Assembly: GCF_004010195.1 (NCBI RefSeq)
Contig: NC_057719.1
Location: 358,288 to 422,287 of the forward strand
Length of the DNA stretch: 64,000 bases
From: Chiloscyllium plagiosum
Lineage: Eukaryota
Reading direction: 5' to 3'
The number at the start of each line of letters is the position of its first letter. Within the stretch, counting starts at the first letter, position 1. The notes beneath the pieces are model-generated. The model was not told where the DNA came from. It worked only from the letters and a program-made list of their open reading frames with translations, and did not search any database. Below are positions 37,800 through 51,268 of this stretch, one piece after another. The position numbers and the translations under genes were made by a program.

Positions 37800-39135
37800 T
37801 ATAAGTTTGCTCGCTGAGTTGGTAGATTTGTTCTCAGACGTTTCATCACCATGCTGGGTAACATCATCAATGAGCCTCCATTGAAGCGCTGGTGTACTGT
37901 CCCACTTTATGTTCTTGGTCTATTGTGGTGGGTGATATCACTTCCTGTTCTTTTTCTCAGAACATTGGGTCCAATTCGATGTGTTTGTTGATGGAGTTCC
38001 ATTTTGAATGCCAGACCTCTCGGAATTTGCGTGTGTGTCTTTGTTTAGCCTGTCCCAGGATGGATGTATCGTCCCAGTTGAACTGTTGTCCCTCATTGTC
38101 TGTGTGCAAGGATACTAGTGATAGTTGGTCACGTCCTTTGGCAGCTAGTTGGTGCTTGTGTATCCTGGTGGCTCGTTTCCTGCCGGTCTGTCCGACGTAA
38201 TATCTGTTGCAGTCTTTGCAGGGTATTTTATATTTGACGTTCGTTCTGCTGGTTGTTGGTGCAGGGTCCTTTAAATTTATCAGAAGTTGTTGCGGTGTGT
38301 TGGTAGGTTTGTGGCCTTCCATGATACCAAGGGGCTGGAGTGGTCTCGTCATCATCTCTGAGATTTCTTTAATATATGGCAGGGCGGCTGGAGTCTCTGG
38401 GCATTTTCTATCTTCTTGTTTAGGTTTGTTGTGTAAGAATCTGCAGACTGTGCTTGTCGGGTACTGGTTGCTCTTGAACACATTGTATAGGTACTTTTCT
38501 TCAGCATCACGTAGTTCCTGAGTGCTGCAGCTCTATTTAAATAATGTTCTGATACTGCTCCATTTGTGGGTGTTGGGATGATTGCTCTTCTGGTCTGTAT
38601 GTGTTAAGACCATAAGACCATAAGACATAGGAGTGGAAGTAAGGCCATTCGGCCCATCGGGTCCACTCCGCCATTCAATCATGGCTGATGCGCATTCAGC
38701 TCCACTTACCAGCGTTGTCCCCGTAGCCCTTAATTCCTCGAGACAACAAGAATCTATCAATCTCGGCCTTGAAGACATTTAGCGTCCCGGCTTCCACTGC
38801 ACTCCGTGGCAATGAATTCCACAGGCCCACCACTCTCTGGCTGAAGAAATGTCTCCGCATTTCTGTTCTGAAATGACCCCCTCTAATTCTAAGGCTGTGT
38901 CCACGGGTCCTAGTCTCCTCGTTTAACTGAAACAATTTCCTAGCATCCACCTTTTCCAAGCCATGTATTATTTTGTACGTCTCTATTAAGTCTCCCCTTA
39001 ATCTTCTAAACTCCAACGAATACAATCCCAGTATCCTCAGCCGTTCCTCATATGTTCCTCATATGTTGCTTTCCTGTTGACGCTGGTCTGCAGCTCTCCA
39101 TTGACTTTTCCTTCTACTGTGACATCTACAAATTT
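37800..39135 (-). mobile_element. Penelope-like fragment with young CR1 3' end nested at ~38606-39065
   Basis: YKIPCKDCNRYYVGQTGRK GIY-YIG; insert RRLRGDLIETYK..RHFFSQRVV with CCATAAGA tail repeats. Confidence 0.85.
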
Positions 39136-40684
39136 TCACAAAAATTGCAGTATTTTATACAATTCCAGCATCACCACCCTGCTCTGCTATTCCATCTTTT
39201 GGCTAATAAAGTCATATAACTCACATTTCATCTTCGGAGGGTCAGGCAGACTTGATGGTCCAATGGCGTCTTTCCTCATTATTGGGATTCTATGATTCTA
39301 TCTACCTACCCTGCGATCTTCAGGGATCTATAATATGACGCACATCAAGATCCCTCTGATCTTCAGTACGTTCCAGGTTCCTACAATTAATAGCATAACC
39401 TCGTCTTGTTAGCCTTTCCCTGGTACATTCTGTCAAACTTTTCCAGGTTGAATTACATTTGCTCTGCCCACCTGACTAATCTGTTAATATCCTCCTGCAG
39501 TTTATGGCTATTTTCCTCATTATTTACCACCTCCATTTTTGTGTCACTTGTGAACTCCTTGATCATACCTGCCTCATTTCAGCCCAAAACATTAACGTAC
39601 ACCATAAACAGCACAGACCCGGCACCAAGCCCTGCAAAACCCACTGAAATCAGACTTCCATTCACTGAACCAATCTTCTGTCATACACAGGAATAGGAGT
39701 AGGCCATTCAGCCCCTTAAGCCTGTTCAGCATACAATGAGATAATTGCTGATCTGTGGCCAAATACCTTCGTTTAACAATAATTTATCTACCTCAGACTT
39801 AAAGTTAGCAACTGATCCAGAATCTACTGCCATTCGTGGCAGAGAGTTCTAAACATCTGCCACCCCTTGCCTATAGAAATCGTTCCTAACATCTCTTCTG
39901 AATGGTCAAATCCTAATTGTCAAACGATGTCCCCTTGGTCTAGGATCCCCAACCAGTGGAAGTAGTTTCCCTCTATCTACTCTGTCTTTTCCTGTCAATC
40001 GGTTGAAGACTTTGATCAGATCACCCCTTTACCTTCCAAATTTTAGAGAAAACCAGTCTTATGTGAGTAATCTCTCCTCATAACTTACAGGTATCATTCT
40101 TGCAAACCTCCCTCCAAAACCAATCTATCCTTCCTAAGTAAACACCAAAAGAATTGTGGATGCTGTGAATCAGAAACAAAAACAGAAATTGCTGAAAAGC
40201 TCAGGTCTGGCAGTATCTGTGCACAGAAATCAGAATTAACATTTCAGGTACAGTGACCCTTCCTCAGAAGTTCTGTCTACAATGCTATCTCACTTTGTGC
40301 CATCAGCAAATTTGGTGACTTGACCCTTTCTGCCATTATTTAAGAAATAATGTGACCAATTGAGGATCTAAGACACATGCTTGTGGGACAACACTGGTCA
40401 CATCCTACCCAGGAGTACCTGCCCATTAGCCCGACTTTGTCACCTGCCACTCAGCCAATATTAGTAACTTGCCCACAATTCCATGAGCAAACTTTAGTTA
40501 ACAATCTCTTAAATTGGACTTTATCAAATACCTTCTGGAAGTTCATATAAACAATATCCAGCCCTGTCCACTACCATAGTCACCTCTTCAACAAATCCAA
40601 TGAGGTATTTTGACCTATCCGGCTCTCCATGCTTAACTGAAGATTTTCAAGAGGTTCAGTTACCCCAACCTTGATTATTTTCTT

Positions 40685-41420
40685 AAAAATTCATTTTAGG
40701 GATGCAGGTGTTGTTGGCTGATCCAGCATTTAAAGCCCGTCCCTAGTTGCCCCTTGTGAAGGTGGGGGTGACTGCCTTCTTGAACCGCTGCAGTCCACCC
40801 GCAGTGGGGTGACTCACAATGCCAATAGGGAGGGAATTCCAGAATTTTGACCCAGAGACACTGAAGGAACGGTGATATTTATTTCCAATTCAGGATGGTG
40901 AGTGGCTTGGAGGGGAATTTGCAGTTGGTGGTCTTCCCATATGTCTGCAGCCCCCGACTTTCCACATGGGAGTGGTCATGGGTTCGGAAGGTACTGTCTG
41001 AGGATCTTTGGTGAATTTCTGCAAGGGATCTTGTAGATAGTACACTGCTACTGAGTGTCGGTTGTGGAGGAAGTAGATGCTTGTAGACATAGAGCAAATC
41101 AAGCAGGTTGCTTTGTCCTGGATGGTGTCAAGCTTCTTGAATGTTGTTGGAGCTGCACCCATCCAGGCAAGTGGGGAGTATTTCATCACACTCTTGACCT
41201 GTGCCTTGTAGATGGCGGACAGGTTTATTTTGGGGGGTGGGGTGGGGGAGTGGACATGGTCAGGAGCTGAGTTACTTGCTACAATATTCCTAGCCTCTGG
41301 CAGTGATTAGATTGTCTCTTATCGGTGATGGTTGTAACCTGGCATTTGTGTGGTGCAAACCTTACTTGCCACTTGTCAGCCCAAGCCTGGATATTGTCCA
41401 GATCTTGTTACATTTGAATG
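40685..41420 (-). mobile_element. LINE 3' fragment of another family (L2/Jockey-like; clade uncertain)
   Basis: YSPLAWMGAAPTTFKKLDTIQDKA C-terminal ORF2 motif; tail resembles the older SINE tail. Confidence 0.6.
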
Positions 41421-44400
41421 TAGACTCCAATAACTTCCATATCACAGATGTTAGTCTAACTGGTCTGTAACCCCCTGGTTTTCCCAATTTGCCTTGAAAG
41501 CTTCTGCATCCTGTCTCTCAACCAATTTTGAATCCAATGGTGCCACATTGTTTTGCATCCCATGGGCTATTTATTCTATTTTATCCTCATTTCTGTTGTC
41601 AATAAACTTCTGTTTTGTAATTAAAGCAAAACTTGCAGCATTGTATGCCTATTTTTCAATGAGAGACCACCTTATTAATCCCAAAGCAAACTAGAATATG
41701 ATCAAATCAGATCCCATTCAAGTAATAATGTCAGCTGGGATCATAACAATGCCCTTAGGCCATATGGGGATGGGAAATAATATACCTCCTCCTAGAACAA
41801 AACTGGAGGCGTGCAGGGGGCTGTCAAGGCTTAGACTTTAAGTATATTCAAGGCTGAGATAGACATTTTAGATTACTAAGAGAATCAAGGGCTATAGTGA
41901 AAAGGTAGGTAAATGGAGATCAGCCATGATTTCATTGAATGGTAGAGCAGACTTAGACAGAATGATAGCTTATGCTCTCAATGCTTTTACTTTCTTGATC
42001 AGTCTGCCACAAAGAACCCTCTAAAAACTTTGTTAAAGTTCATTCATACCAAATTAAACACATTATATTCATCAACACACTGCGTAGATACAAAATGTTT
42101 AATCTAACTTGTCAAACATGACCGTCCCTTACAAAATCCATGCTGACTATTCCTGATTAATCCATGCCTCTCCAAGTGCAGATCTATTCTGTCCCTCAGA
42201 ATTCTAATAACATCCCCACCACTCAGGTTACTCTGACTGGCCTATAATTTCTTAGGTTTATCCCTCCTGCCCTTTTTTAATAGTGGACAATATTAGCGAT
42301 CCTCCAATCCTCTGGCACCTGATCTGTGGCCATAGAGATTTGAAAATTACTGTTAGGGCTCCTGTTATTACTCTCGTCTCATTCATCAACTTGAAATACA
42401 TCTCATATGGGCATGTAGGTTTATCCACTTTTAAAGCTGCTAAACTGACTAGTACCTTTTTTCTCTTTTGTGTGCTCTCTCTACATTAATACCTTTTAAT
42501 ATTTCACAATCATCCACCCTGATGTCAATAGTTGTGTTGTCCTTTTCCATTGTGAAGACCATCGCAAGGTACTCATTGAGGGTTGTGGCCATATCTTCTA
42601 TGCTTTCCTGGGTAACTCCCTTAGTGACAGGAAACAGAGTGTGGTGGTTGAAGGCTGTTTGTGTGACTGGAGGCCGGTGTCTAGTGGCTATCGCAGGAAT
42701 CAGTGCTGGACCCCATATATATGTCATTTATACGGATCACAAACAACATCAGAAACAATTTATGTATATCATTTATACAAAATCACAAACAATTAAGACT
42801 CCAGCACTGATTCCTGTGATGTGTATGCATACGGTACATATATATGTATATGGGAGAATGTCAGAGGAATGATAAGTTTGTATAGGACATTACAATTACC
42901 TGGATGTCTGACAGAGAGGAGGAAGGTCTTTGGTTACAGGAGGATACAGATTGAATCATCATAGAATCCCTACAGTGTGGAAACAAGACATTTGGCCCAA
43001 CAAGTCCACACCAACTCTCAGAGGAGCATCCCACCCAGACTCACTCCTCTATCCTATCCCTGAAAGCCTGCATTTCCCATGGCTAATTCACCTAAATTAC
43101 ACATCCCTGGACACTATGGGCCAATCCACCTAACCTGCACATCTTTGGACTGTGGGAGGAAACTGGAGCACCCAGAGGAAACCCATGCAGACAAGGGGAA
43201 AGTTTGCAAACTCCACACAGATAGTTGCCAGAGGTGCTGTGAGGCAGTAGGGTATATCAATCAGATGAGTATATCAATGGCAGATGGAACTTAATTCCAA
43301 AACGTGAGTGATGATGTACTTTAAAAATCAGTAACAAGACAAGAGAACACTCAATGAATAGCAGGACTCGAGGAAGCTCATTGGAACAGAAGACTCTGGG
43401 AGTGCTAGCCCATAGATCCCTGAAGGCAGGAGAGGTTAATATGGTTAAGGTGGCATTTGAGGCACTTACCTTTATCAGTTATGACATAGATTCTAAGGGT
43501 AGGGAATTTTATGTCGGAGCTGTACAAAAGTTTAGTTCGGTGTCGAACGATGCGATTGCACTGGAGGGGGTGCAGAGGAGATTCACCAGGACTGGTGAAT
43601 TTTAGCAGGTGTATAAGATGGCATGGATAGGGACAGCTTTTCCCCTTGGTTAATTTTAAGGTGAAGGACAGACGGCTCAGGAGGGGACTGGAGGAAACAT
43701 TTTTTTTCCCACCCAGAGGTTGATCAGCATCTGGGAGGGCAGTAGAAGCAGGAAACCTCAAACTTTAAAATGTACATGGATGGGCTTTGGGTTAAGTGCT
43801 GCAAAGTGGGATTACTGTAGAAAGGTCAATGCAGACTTGAAGGGCTGTCGGGTCTCTTCTGCACTGTATGATTCAACACCAAGACATCAATACACATTGA
43901 CGCATTTCCCAACAAGGCAGCAGTACCAGGTAAAAGGAGAATGACTATACTCTGAGTTATTCACAGTCAGGAGTTTTGAAAGTCAGTTAAATCAGTGGGA
44001 CATCAGAAATCAGCAGCAATCTTCAAAGTGTACAGCCCATGCATAAAACATCCAATGAGGATACAGCCTTGTAATCATTTCACACACCATTTCTAAAGGA
44101 AATGCAAACATTCTGCACAGCAACAGTGCCTATACCACACTCCCTGCAGAGTGGGCAGCAAATTCCCAAGCAAGGGTATAGACATAGTTAATGGTAACTG
44201 TCTTTTCCCCAGGATGGGGGATTTGAAGACTACGGCACACATTTTTGAGGTGACAGGAGAGATTTAAAGATATGGGGCAAATCTTTTACACAGAGTGGTT
44301 CACATATGGAATGAACTTCCTGAGGATGTAGGTACAAATACAACATTTAAAAGATATCTGAATAAGTATATGAATTGGAAAGGTTTAGCGGGAAATGGGC

Positions 44401-47400
44401 CAGGAGCATGCAGGTGGAACTAGTTTAGCATGAACTGGTTGGACTGAAGGGTGTGTTTCCATGCTGTATGACTCCATGACTATGACTCTACCCTGCTATT
44501 TGCTCTTATTTTTGTCTCTTTCCACTTACAAAGACTGTCCTTGAATTGGATCTCTTTGACCAAGATTTAGGCGGTTATAACCTACTGCTTTTTTGAGTAG
44601 TTGGTGTAACTGCATTCCTGTGAAACAACCCTCAACTTATTTTTAATCTACACTGAAGGCACTACACAAATGCACGTTTTTGTCTTTTTCTGACACATGC
44701 AAACAGTTCTCCAGGTGGAAAGGCTGGGGGTTTCCAGGAGTTTTTTTTTATTTATTCATTCACGGGATTTGGGTGTTGCTGGCTAGACCAATATTTATTG
44801 CCCATTCCTAATTGCACAGAGGTCAGTTCAGACTTAACTGCTTTATTGTGGGTCTGGAGTCACATATAGGCTAGACCAGGTAAGGATGACAAGCTTGAGG
44901 TTGGAAGAACATCTCCACCTCCTGATGCTGCCTGGTTTGCTGTGCTCTTCCAGCCTCCTGCTTGTCGACCTTCGATTCCAGCATCTGCAGTTGCTGTTTT
45001 GTCTCAGGCCCAGGTAAAGAAAGCAGCTTCTTTCTCAAAAGGGCATTAGTGAATCAGATGGTTTTTTTTAAAACTGACAATTGACAACAGTTTCATGTTC
45101 ATCATAAGATTCTTAATTCCAGACTTGTATCAAATTCAAAATTCTACCATTTGCCATGGCAGGATTCAAACCTAGGGAACATTTCCTGGGTCTCTAGATT
45201 ATTAATCGCACAATAATACCACTGCACCATTGCCTTGCCTAAAGCCAGGCTTGTACTTTTCAAAGCAAAATTGCTACCCCTTATAGCGATCAGTCAAAAG
45301 ATACAAAAACAAACGCAATACAAATCATTCCCACATAATAAATCTCAGTCAATTCCATCAAAAGCCATTTTTAAAAAAACAGTAAATTCTGCTTAACTGA
45401 CAATGTTAAATATCTAGGGTTTTCCATATCTTGCAAAGAAAAACATAATCAACATCTAAGTAAAATTGTAGTTCTAATTTTCGTATATCATAGCATATCA
45501 ATACAAGCACGATACGCCATTTTGCCTGTCCCACCAGTGGTAACCAATTAACCTCAAATCTTCAGTACATCCCTGAAATTGATTTTCCTTCATTTTGCTT
45601 TCTTCTGGCAGCGTCAACATTTGTTGCCCATCCTAATTGCCCCGAACCTGTTCAGCCATTTCAGAGTCAACCATATTACTGAGTTGAGATCATGTAAGCC
45701 AGGTTGGGTAAAGATGGCAGATTTCATTTTAACTAGAGTGTTAGTGAAGCAGATGGTGTTTTACAATGATTACTGAGACCAACTTCATGTTGCAGATTTA
45801 TTGATTAAATTCAAATTCCACTAGCTGCCATGATTGGATTCAGGCCAATGGCAGCATAGAATTAGTCTGAGTTTCCGGATTATTGCCCCTGCAAGTGGTA
45901 CGAGCACAGCATTACCACCTCCCCCTCGCAAAATACTTTAACATTTCCAACAAAAACAAAAATTGCTCTGGACTGAGGAAGGGCCAGCAGAGCTGAAACA
46001 TTAACTCTGATTTCTCTCTGCAGATGCTGCCAGACCAGCTGAGCTTTTCCAGCTATTTCTGTTTTTGTTTCTGATTTACAGCATCTGCATTCTTTCGGGG
46101 GGTTTTTTACTTATCCATTTCCTTTCTGAATATTATTATTAAATGTGCTTCCATCACCCTCTCAGGTACTAATCCAAGATCACCACCTCATCGAGTAAAA
46201 CATTATTTGCACATCTCCTGCTACAGCTCTTTTACCAGCTGCATTAAATCACTGACCTTGTGCTACCAAATCTTCTGTCTCTGAAACAGTTTCTCCTTAC
46301 TTATATAATTACAAAGGGGTTTTACAAATTCGGAGCAGAAGTAGACCATTCAGTCCCTCAACCCTGCTCTGTTATTCAATGAAATCATGGCTGATCTGTT
46401 TGTGTTTCAAATTCCACATTCCCATCTACCCCACTAATACTCAATCCCCCGGCTAACAATAATCTACTTCCACCCTAAACACGATTAATGACCCCACTTC
46501 CACTGCCTTCTGAGGCAGAGATTTCCAAAGTTGCACCACCCTCAGATCAGAGAAAAAACATTTCTCTTCTCTGCCCTAAAAAAAGGTGACCCCTAATTTT
46601 AAAACAGTGCCCTGTAGCTCCGGACTGACCCAAGACAGCAAACAACCTTTCCATGTCCACTTTGAGAAGGAATCTCTCTCTCGAAAACACTTCTATCATT
46701 TAATTTTCACCACTCCAAGGACAACACCAATGTCTCCAGTTTAGTTTTGCCCACATAACTGAAGCTCTCTCATTTCCGGTGATGTTTAGATTCTATGTTG
46801 AACGTCAGTCATTCGCCTGGAATTATAATGGTGGGCAAATACAGATTGCTCGAGATATACTGTACACAGAGCAATTGCACATTCACCTTTGGCAAACAGA
46901 CTCCTCAGTCAATCCTCAGACTTTGCCATCAGAATGGCAACTGTTAGTGCCTTGTCACACATTATTTTCAGCATAGCTCTGTAAGTATTGTTTATTTGAC
47001 CAATAATCTTTTGAAAGCATCTGTCGAACCTATCTCCACCACTCTGTCAGGTAGCACCTTCCAAATTCTAACCACACCTTCTACTAATTCACCATAAAAC
47101 CTGCAGAAAGCCAGCATAAATAAAAGATGTCATCTAGCCTGAAAACTGTTTCATAAAGACAAACACTTCCTTGTCGGATTTCAAGAGGCTACACGACAAT
47201 CAAGATAAAAATCTGCCAAGATTTATTCAGATGTTCTACACTCTTAGTTCAAACCTGAATAAAAACAAGTTTGACCTTTCACAAAGTGGAAGTGGGATCA
47301 TTGCTCTCAGAAACGCTTCAAATTACTGATTTAAAGAAAATGTAGATTTTTAGAGATATTCAGTCTCAATTTTTTAAAACAAATTCAGCCATTTCAGAGG

Positions 47401-47572
47401 GCAGGATAAAGACTGAATGTTGATGTCAATACAAAGGCGGGTTTCTAGTCTTTGCAAAGCGTCTCTGGTACTGCAAAATATACAAGGCGGGATGGGGATG
47501 GGGGTGGGTATAGGTATGGGGGTCAGGGAAGATAATGGGGTGGGGGATGAGGATGGGGAATGGGTTTCAGGG

Positions 47573-48055
47573 NNNNNNNNNNNNNNNNNNNNNNNNNNNN
47601 NNNNNNNNNNNNNNNNNNNNNNNNNNNNNNNNNNNNNNNNNNNNNNNNNNNNNNNNNNNNNNNNNNNNNNNNNNNNNNNNNNNNNNNNNNNNNNNNNNNN
47701 NNNNNNNNNNNNNNNNNNNNNNNNNNNNNNNNNNNNNNNNNNNNNNNNNNNNNNNNNNNNNNNNNNNNNNNNNNNNNNNNNNNNNNNNNNNNNNNNNNNN
47801 NNNNNNNNNNNNNNNNNNNNNNNNNNNNNNNNNNNNNNNNNNNNNNNNNNNNNNNNNNNNNNNNNNNNNNNNNNNNNNNNNNNNNNNNNNNNNNNNNNNN
47901 NNNNNNNNNNNNNNNNNNNNNNNNNNNNNNNNNNNNNNNNNNNNNNNNNNNNNNNNNNNNNNNNNNNNNNNNNNNNNNNNNNNNNNNNNNNNNNNNNNNN
48001 NNNNNNNNNNNNNNNNNNNNNNNNNNNNNNNNNNNNNNNNNNNNNNNNNNNNNNN
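47573..48055. other. Assembly gap (others: 54042-54407, 56391-56538)
   Basis: Runs of N. Confidence 1.
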
Positions 48056-48094
48056 AGGATTCCGCCCGGGGGTTGGGGGTAATGGGGCCCTTAC

Positions 48095-48341
48095 CTGGTA
48101 CCGAGCCCCGGCCCCGACGCCGCGGCCGCTGCTCCTTCTCCTTCTCCTTCTCCTCCTCTTGCTCCTGCGGCTGCTTGTCGGTCCCTGGCACCCCTAGATT
48201 CATCCCCATCTTCATCTCGCTCCGACTCGGTGTCTTCCCTCCCTCCGAATGCCGCTCGACCTCTTCTCCCGCTCCCTCCTCCTCCGACAGCGGCTCCGCC
48301 TCAACAGGACAGCGTCCAGCGGCCGCTCCACTCGCCATCAT
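48095..48341 (-). CDS. TMED8: TMED8 coding exon 1 (acidic, low-complexity N-terminus)
   Basis: ATGATG at 48341-48336 in a CpG island; MMASGAAAGRCPVEAEPLSEEEG...RRRGRGSVP; donor CAG|GTAAG; 247 nt, ends phase 1, matching exon 2. Confidence 0.8.
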
Positions 48342-48937
48342 CAGCCGCCGAGCCGAGGAGGAGCGGAAATAGCCGAGTACTGACGGAGGTAACCCGAGGA
48401 CCCGCCTCCTCGCGGGTGTAGCCGAGAAGTGACGGAGGTAACCGAGGACCCGCCTCCTCGCGGGTGTAGCCGAGACGTGACGGAGGTAACCGAGAACCCG
48501 CCTCCTCGCGGGTGTAGCCGAGAAGTGACGGAGGTAACCGAGGGCCCGCCCCTCCACGCGGAAGTTGCCGAGTTCTGACGGAGGTAACCGATGGGCCGTG
48601 CTACGGCCCCGTCCTCTCACGGATGTAGCCGAGGTCCGACACCGGAAGGGGAAGTGATGCCCCGCCCCATTATCGTCGGGAGCCGGACATTCCCGATACG
48701 TAGACGGAAAAAACCGAAAGGGAGACCCTATTCAAAATCCATATGGCATATTTCCCGGCGCGCAGAAGAACAAATAAAAAAAAATATTTAAAGCTGGAGC
48801 TGGGCTTCCCGGGTTATGTAAAACGCGGTCTCGGATGGAGGTAAACGGAGCTACCGTTTACAGCCGTGACGTAGCAGCTTGGTTTCCTGGTAACGGTTGC
48901 CGTAGTGACGGGGCCTAGTCGGCGGCGCTGAGCCTGG
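48342..48937. promoter_or_regulatory. Bidirectional CpG-island promoter/5'UTRs of TMED8 and SAMD15
   Basis: High CpG; ETS-like ACCGGAAG/GGAAGTG 48641-48656; GC box ~48660; TGACGT 48867; X-box-like GTTTCCTGGTAAC 48882-48894 and GTTGCCGTAGTGAC 48896-48909. Confidence 0.8.
48370..48633. repeat. 48-bp GC-rich tandem repeat, ~4.5-5 copies
   Basis: TGACGGAGGTAACC recurs at 48381, 48430, 48478, 48526, 48576. Confidence 0.92.
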
Positions 48938-49066
48938 ATGGCCAAATACCCTTGCTCCGGGGAATGTCGCTGCGGCTGCCACCCGCTGGTGGTGCCCCGT
49001 AGTCAGCGCTGGCACGAGAAGGAGGTGGGCAACTGGATCCAGAAACTAGGCTTCCCCCAGTACAAG
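48938..49066 (+). CDS. SAMD15: SAMD15 coding exon 1 (start of SAM domain)
   Basis: ATG 48938 with in-frame TGA at 48929; WHEKEVGNWIQKLGFPQYK is the SAM helix 1-2 motif; donor AAG|GTGAGG; head-to-head with TMED8 as in human. Confidence 0.88.
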
Positions 49067-49086
49067 GTGAGGGCCAGGGGACACCT

Positions 49087-49109
49087 ACACACACACACAC
49101 ACACACACA
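49087..49109. repeat. (AC)n microsatellite in SAMD15 intron 1
   Basis: About 11 AC units, 20 nt after the exon 1 donor. Confidence 0.9.
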
Positions 49110-51268
49110 ATGCAGTTAGTGAGACATGGCCTTCCCCACACAAAGCCTATTGCTGCCCATATTTATTCAAATGCGAGTAAATCCTGACCCTAAGAATCTT
49201 CTTCTATAATTTCCCTCGCACTGATGTAAAGCTCACCAGCCTGTGATTTCCTGGATTATCCCTTAAACAAAGGGACAACGTTGGCCATTCTCCAGTCCTC
49301 TGGGACCTCTCCTGTAACTAAAGAGATACAAAGATCTCATTCAAGGCCCCAGCAATTTCCTCAGCATTCTCGGGTAGATCCCATTGGGTCCTGGGGATTT
49401 ATCTACTTTAATGCCTTTCAGAGCATCCAACACCTCCTCCTGTTTTATAATCGACATGCCCAGGCATATCAATACACCCCTCCTGAGACTCATCATCCAC
49501 CATGTCCTTCTCTTTAGTGAATGCCAATGCAAAGTACTCATTAAGGACCTCACCCACTTCCTTCAGCTCCCACTCATGAATTCCCTCCTTTGTTCATGAT
49601 TGGACCTACCCTTTCCCTAACTATCCTTTTTACTCCTTATATACGTATAAAATGCCTTGGGACTTTCCTTCACCTTGTTTGCCAAGGATATTCCATGGCC
49701 CCTTTTGGCCCTCCTAACTCCATGTTTAAGTTCTTTCCTGCTATCTTTATATTTTTTAGGGTTCTGTCTGTCTTTTGTTTCCTAAATCTTATGTGTGCCC
49801 TCCTTCCTTTTTCTTTCTGACTAAGCTCTCAATTTCTCTTATAATCCAAGATTCCCAAATCTTGCCATCATTATCCTTCATTTTCACAGGAACATGCTGG
49901 TCTAATCAACTGCTGCTTTAAAAGATTCCACATGTCAGATGTGGTTTTACCCTCAAACAGCCACCCCAATCTACATTCCCCAGTTCCTGTCTAATATTGT
50001 ACTATTTAGCCTTTCACCAATTTAGTATCAAGTTAGGGCTACTACTCAAAATAGGCACAAACTGTCCTGCGTTCAAGTTTTTATACACTTTGATTGTTGT
50101 CTTCGGTCTCTCTGGTTCTGGTTCCCGGTTGCTGATCAAGTTAAAACTGCTACGAGCAGTTGTAATTACTGCCAACTTCTCCTAGAATTCTCCTCTGTTG
50201 CTTCTTACCAGTGCCTTCTGTTGGATGCTCTTCCTCTTGTTGACCACCAGGTCCTCTGCAACCCCCTTCTGAGCTTTGGTGACTGAACCAATGTCTCCCA
50301 GCTTCCTCCTCATTCGCTTCTCACCGTTGACTTTGGAGAGCTACCAGATTCGAAATGGTACCACTGCTTTCTTCCCACACCCACAGATGCTGCCAGACCT
50401 GCAATTTCTGGTTTCATTTCAGATCTCCAGCATCTGCGGTTCTTTGTTTTATTCTTCCTTATTAATTTTGATCCCTTTTAGTGACAGAGTTTCTTCCTCG
50501 GTTGCCATGCTTGGCAGCATACGTTTCTTTTGTAAAGGCAAAGTATTCATTTAACACCTCAGCCATGACCCCTGCCTCCATGTGTAAATACCTTTTTGGT
50601 CTCTAATCAGCCTTCTCCTTCAACAACTGTTTTACTATTTATATACTTATAGACAATTTTGGGATTTCCGTTTATGTTAGCTGCTAGTTTTTTTTTCATA
50701 GTTCCTCTTTTTTTTATTTCAAAAATATATTTTATTCATAAAATATTTTGATGGTCTGTACAGTTGGTCATGCCATACATGCGTAAACATTTGCATACAG
50801 AGATCAGAATTTATCATTTGTACATACAGGTCTGTAAGTTTATCAATCATATGTCCATATATTTAGCTGAGGCGTCAGCAGAGCCCAAAAGACTGCGTGG
50901 GCCCCCTGTCCTTCTTAGGCAGGCAGATGTTACACGGTGGTCTTTCCCACCGCGCCTTGGCGGTAGCTGCCCCAAGCTTCATTGCGTCCCTCAACACGTA
51001 ATCCTGGACCTTGGAATGTGCCAGTCTGCAACACTCAGTTGGGGTCAACTCCTTCAGCTGGAAGATCAACAGGTTTCAGACCGCCCAGAGAGTGTCCTTC
51101 ACCGAGTTGATGATCCTCCAGGCACAGTTATGTTCGTCTCGGTGTGCGTCCTGGGGAACAGGCCGTAGAGCACGGAGTCCCGTGTCACGGAGCTGCTCGG
51201 GACGAACCTCTACAAACACCGCTGCATTCCTCTCCAGACTTCTTCTGCGTAGGCACATTCCAGAAGGA

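Noticed and set aside
47417-48372. Long ORFs containing X runs (also ~54000 and ~56400)
   Set aside because: Artefacts of translating through N gaps
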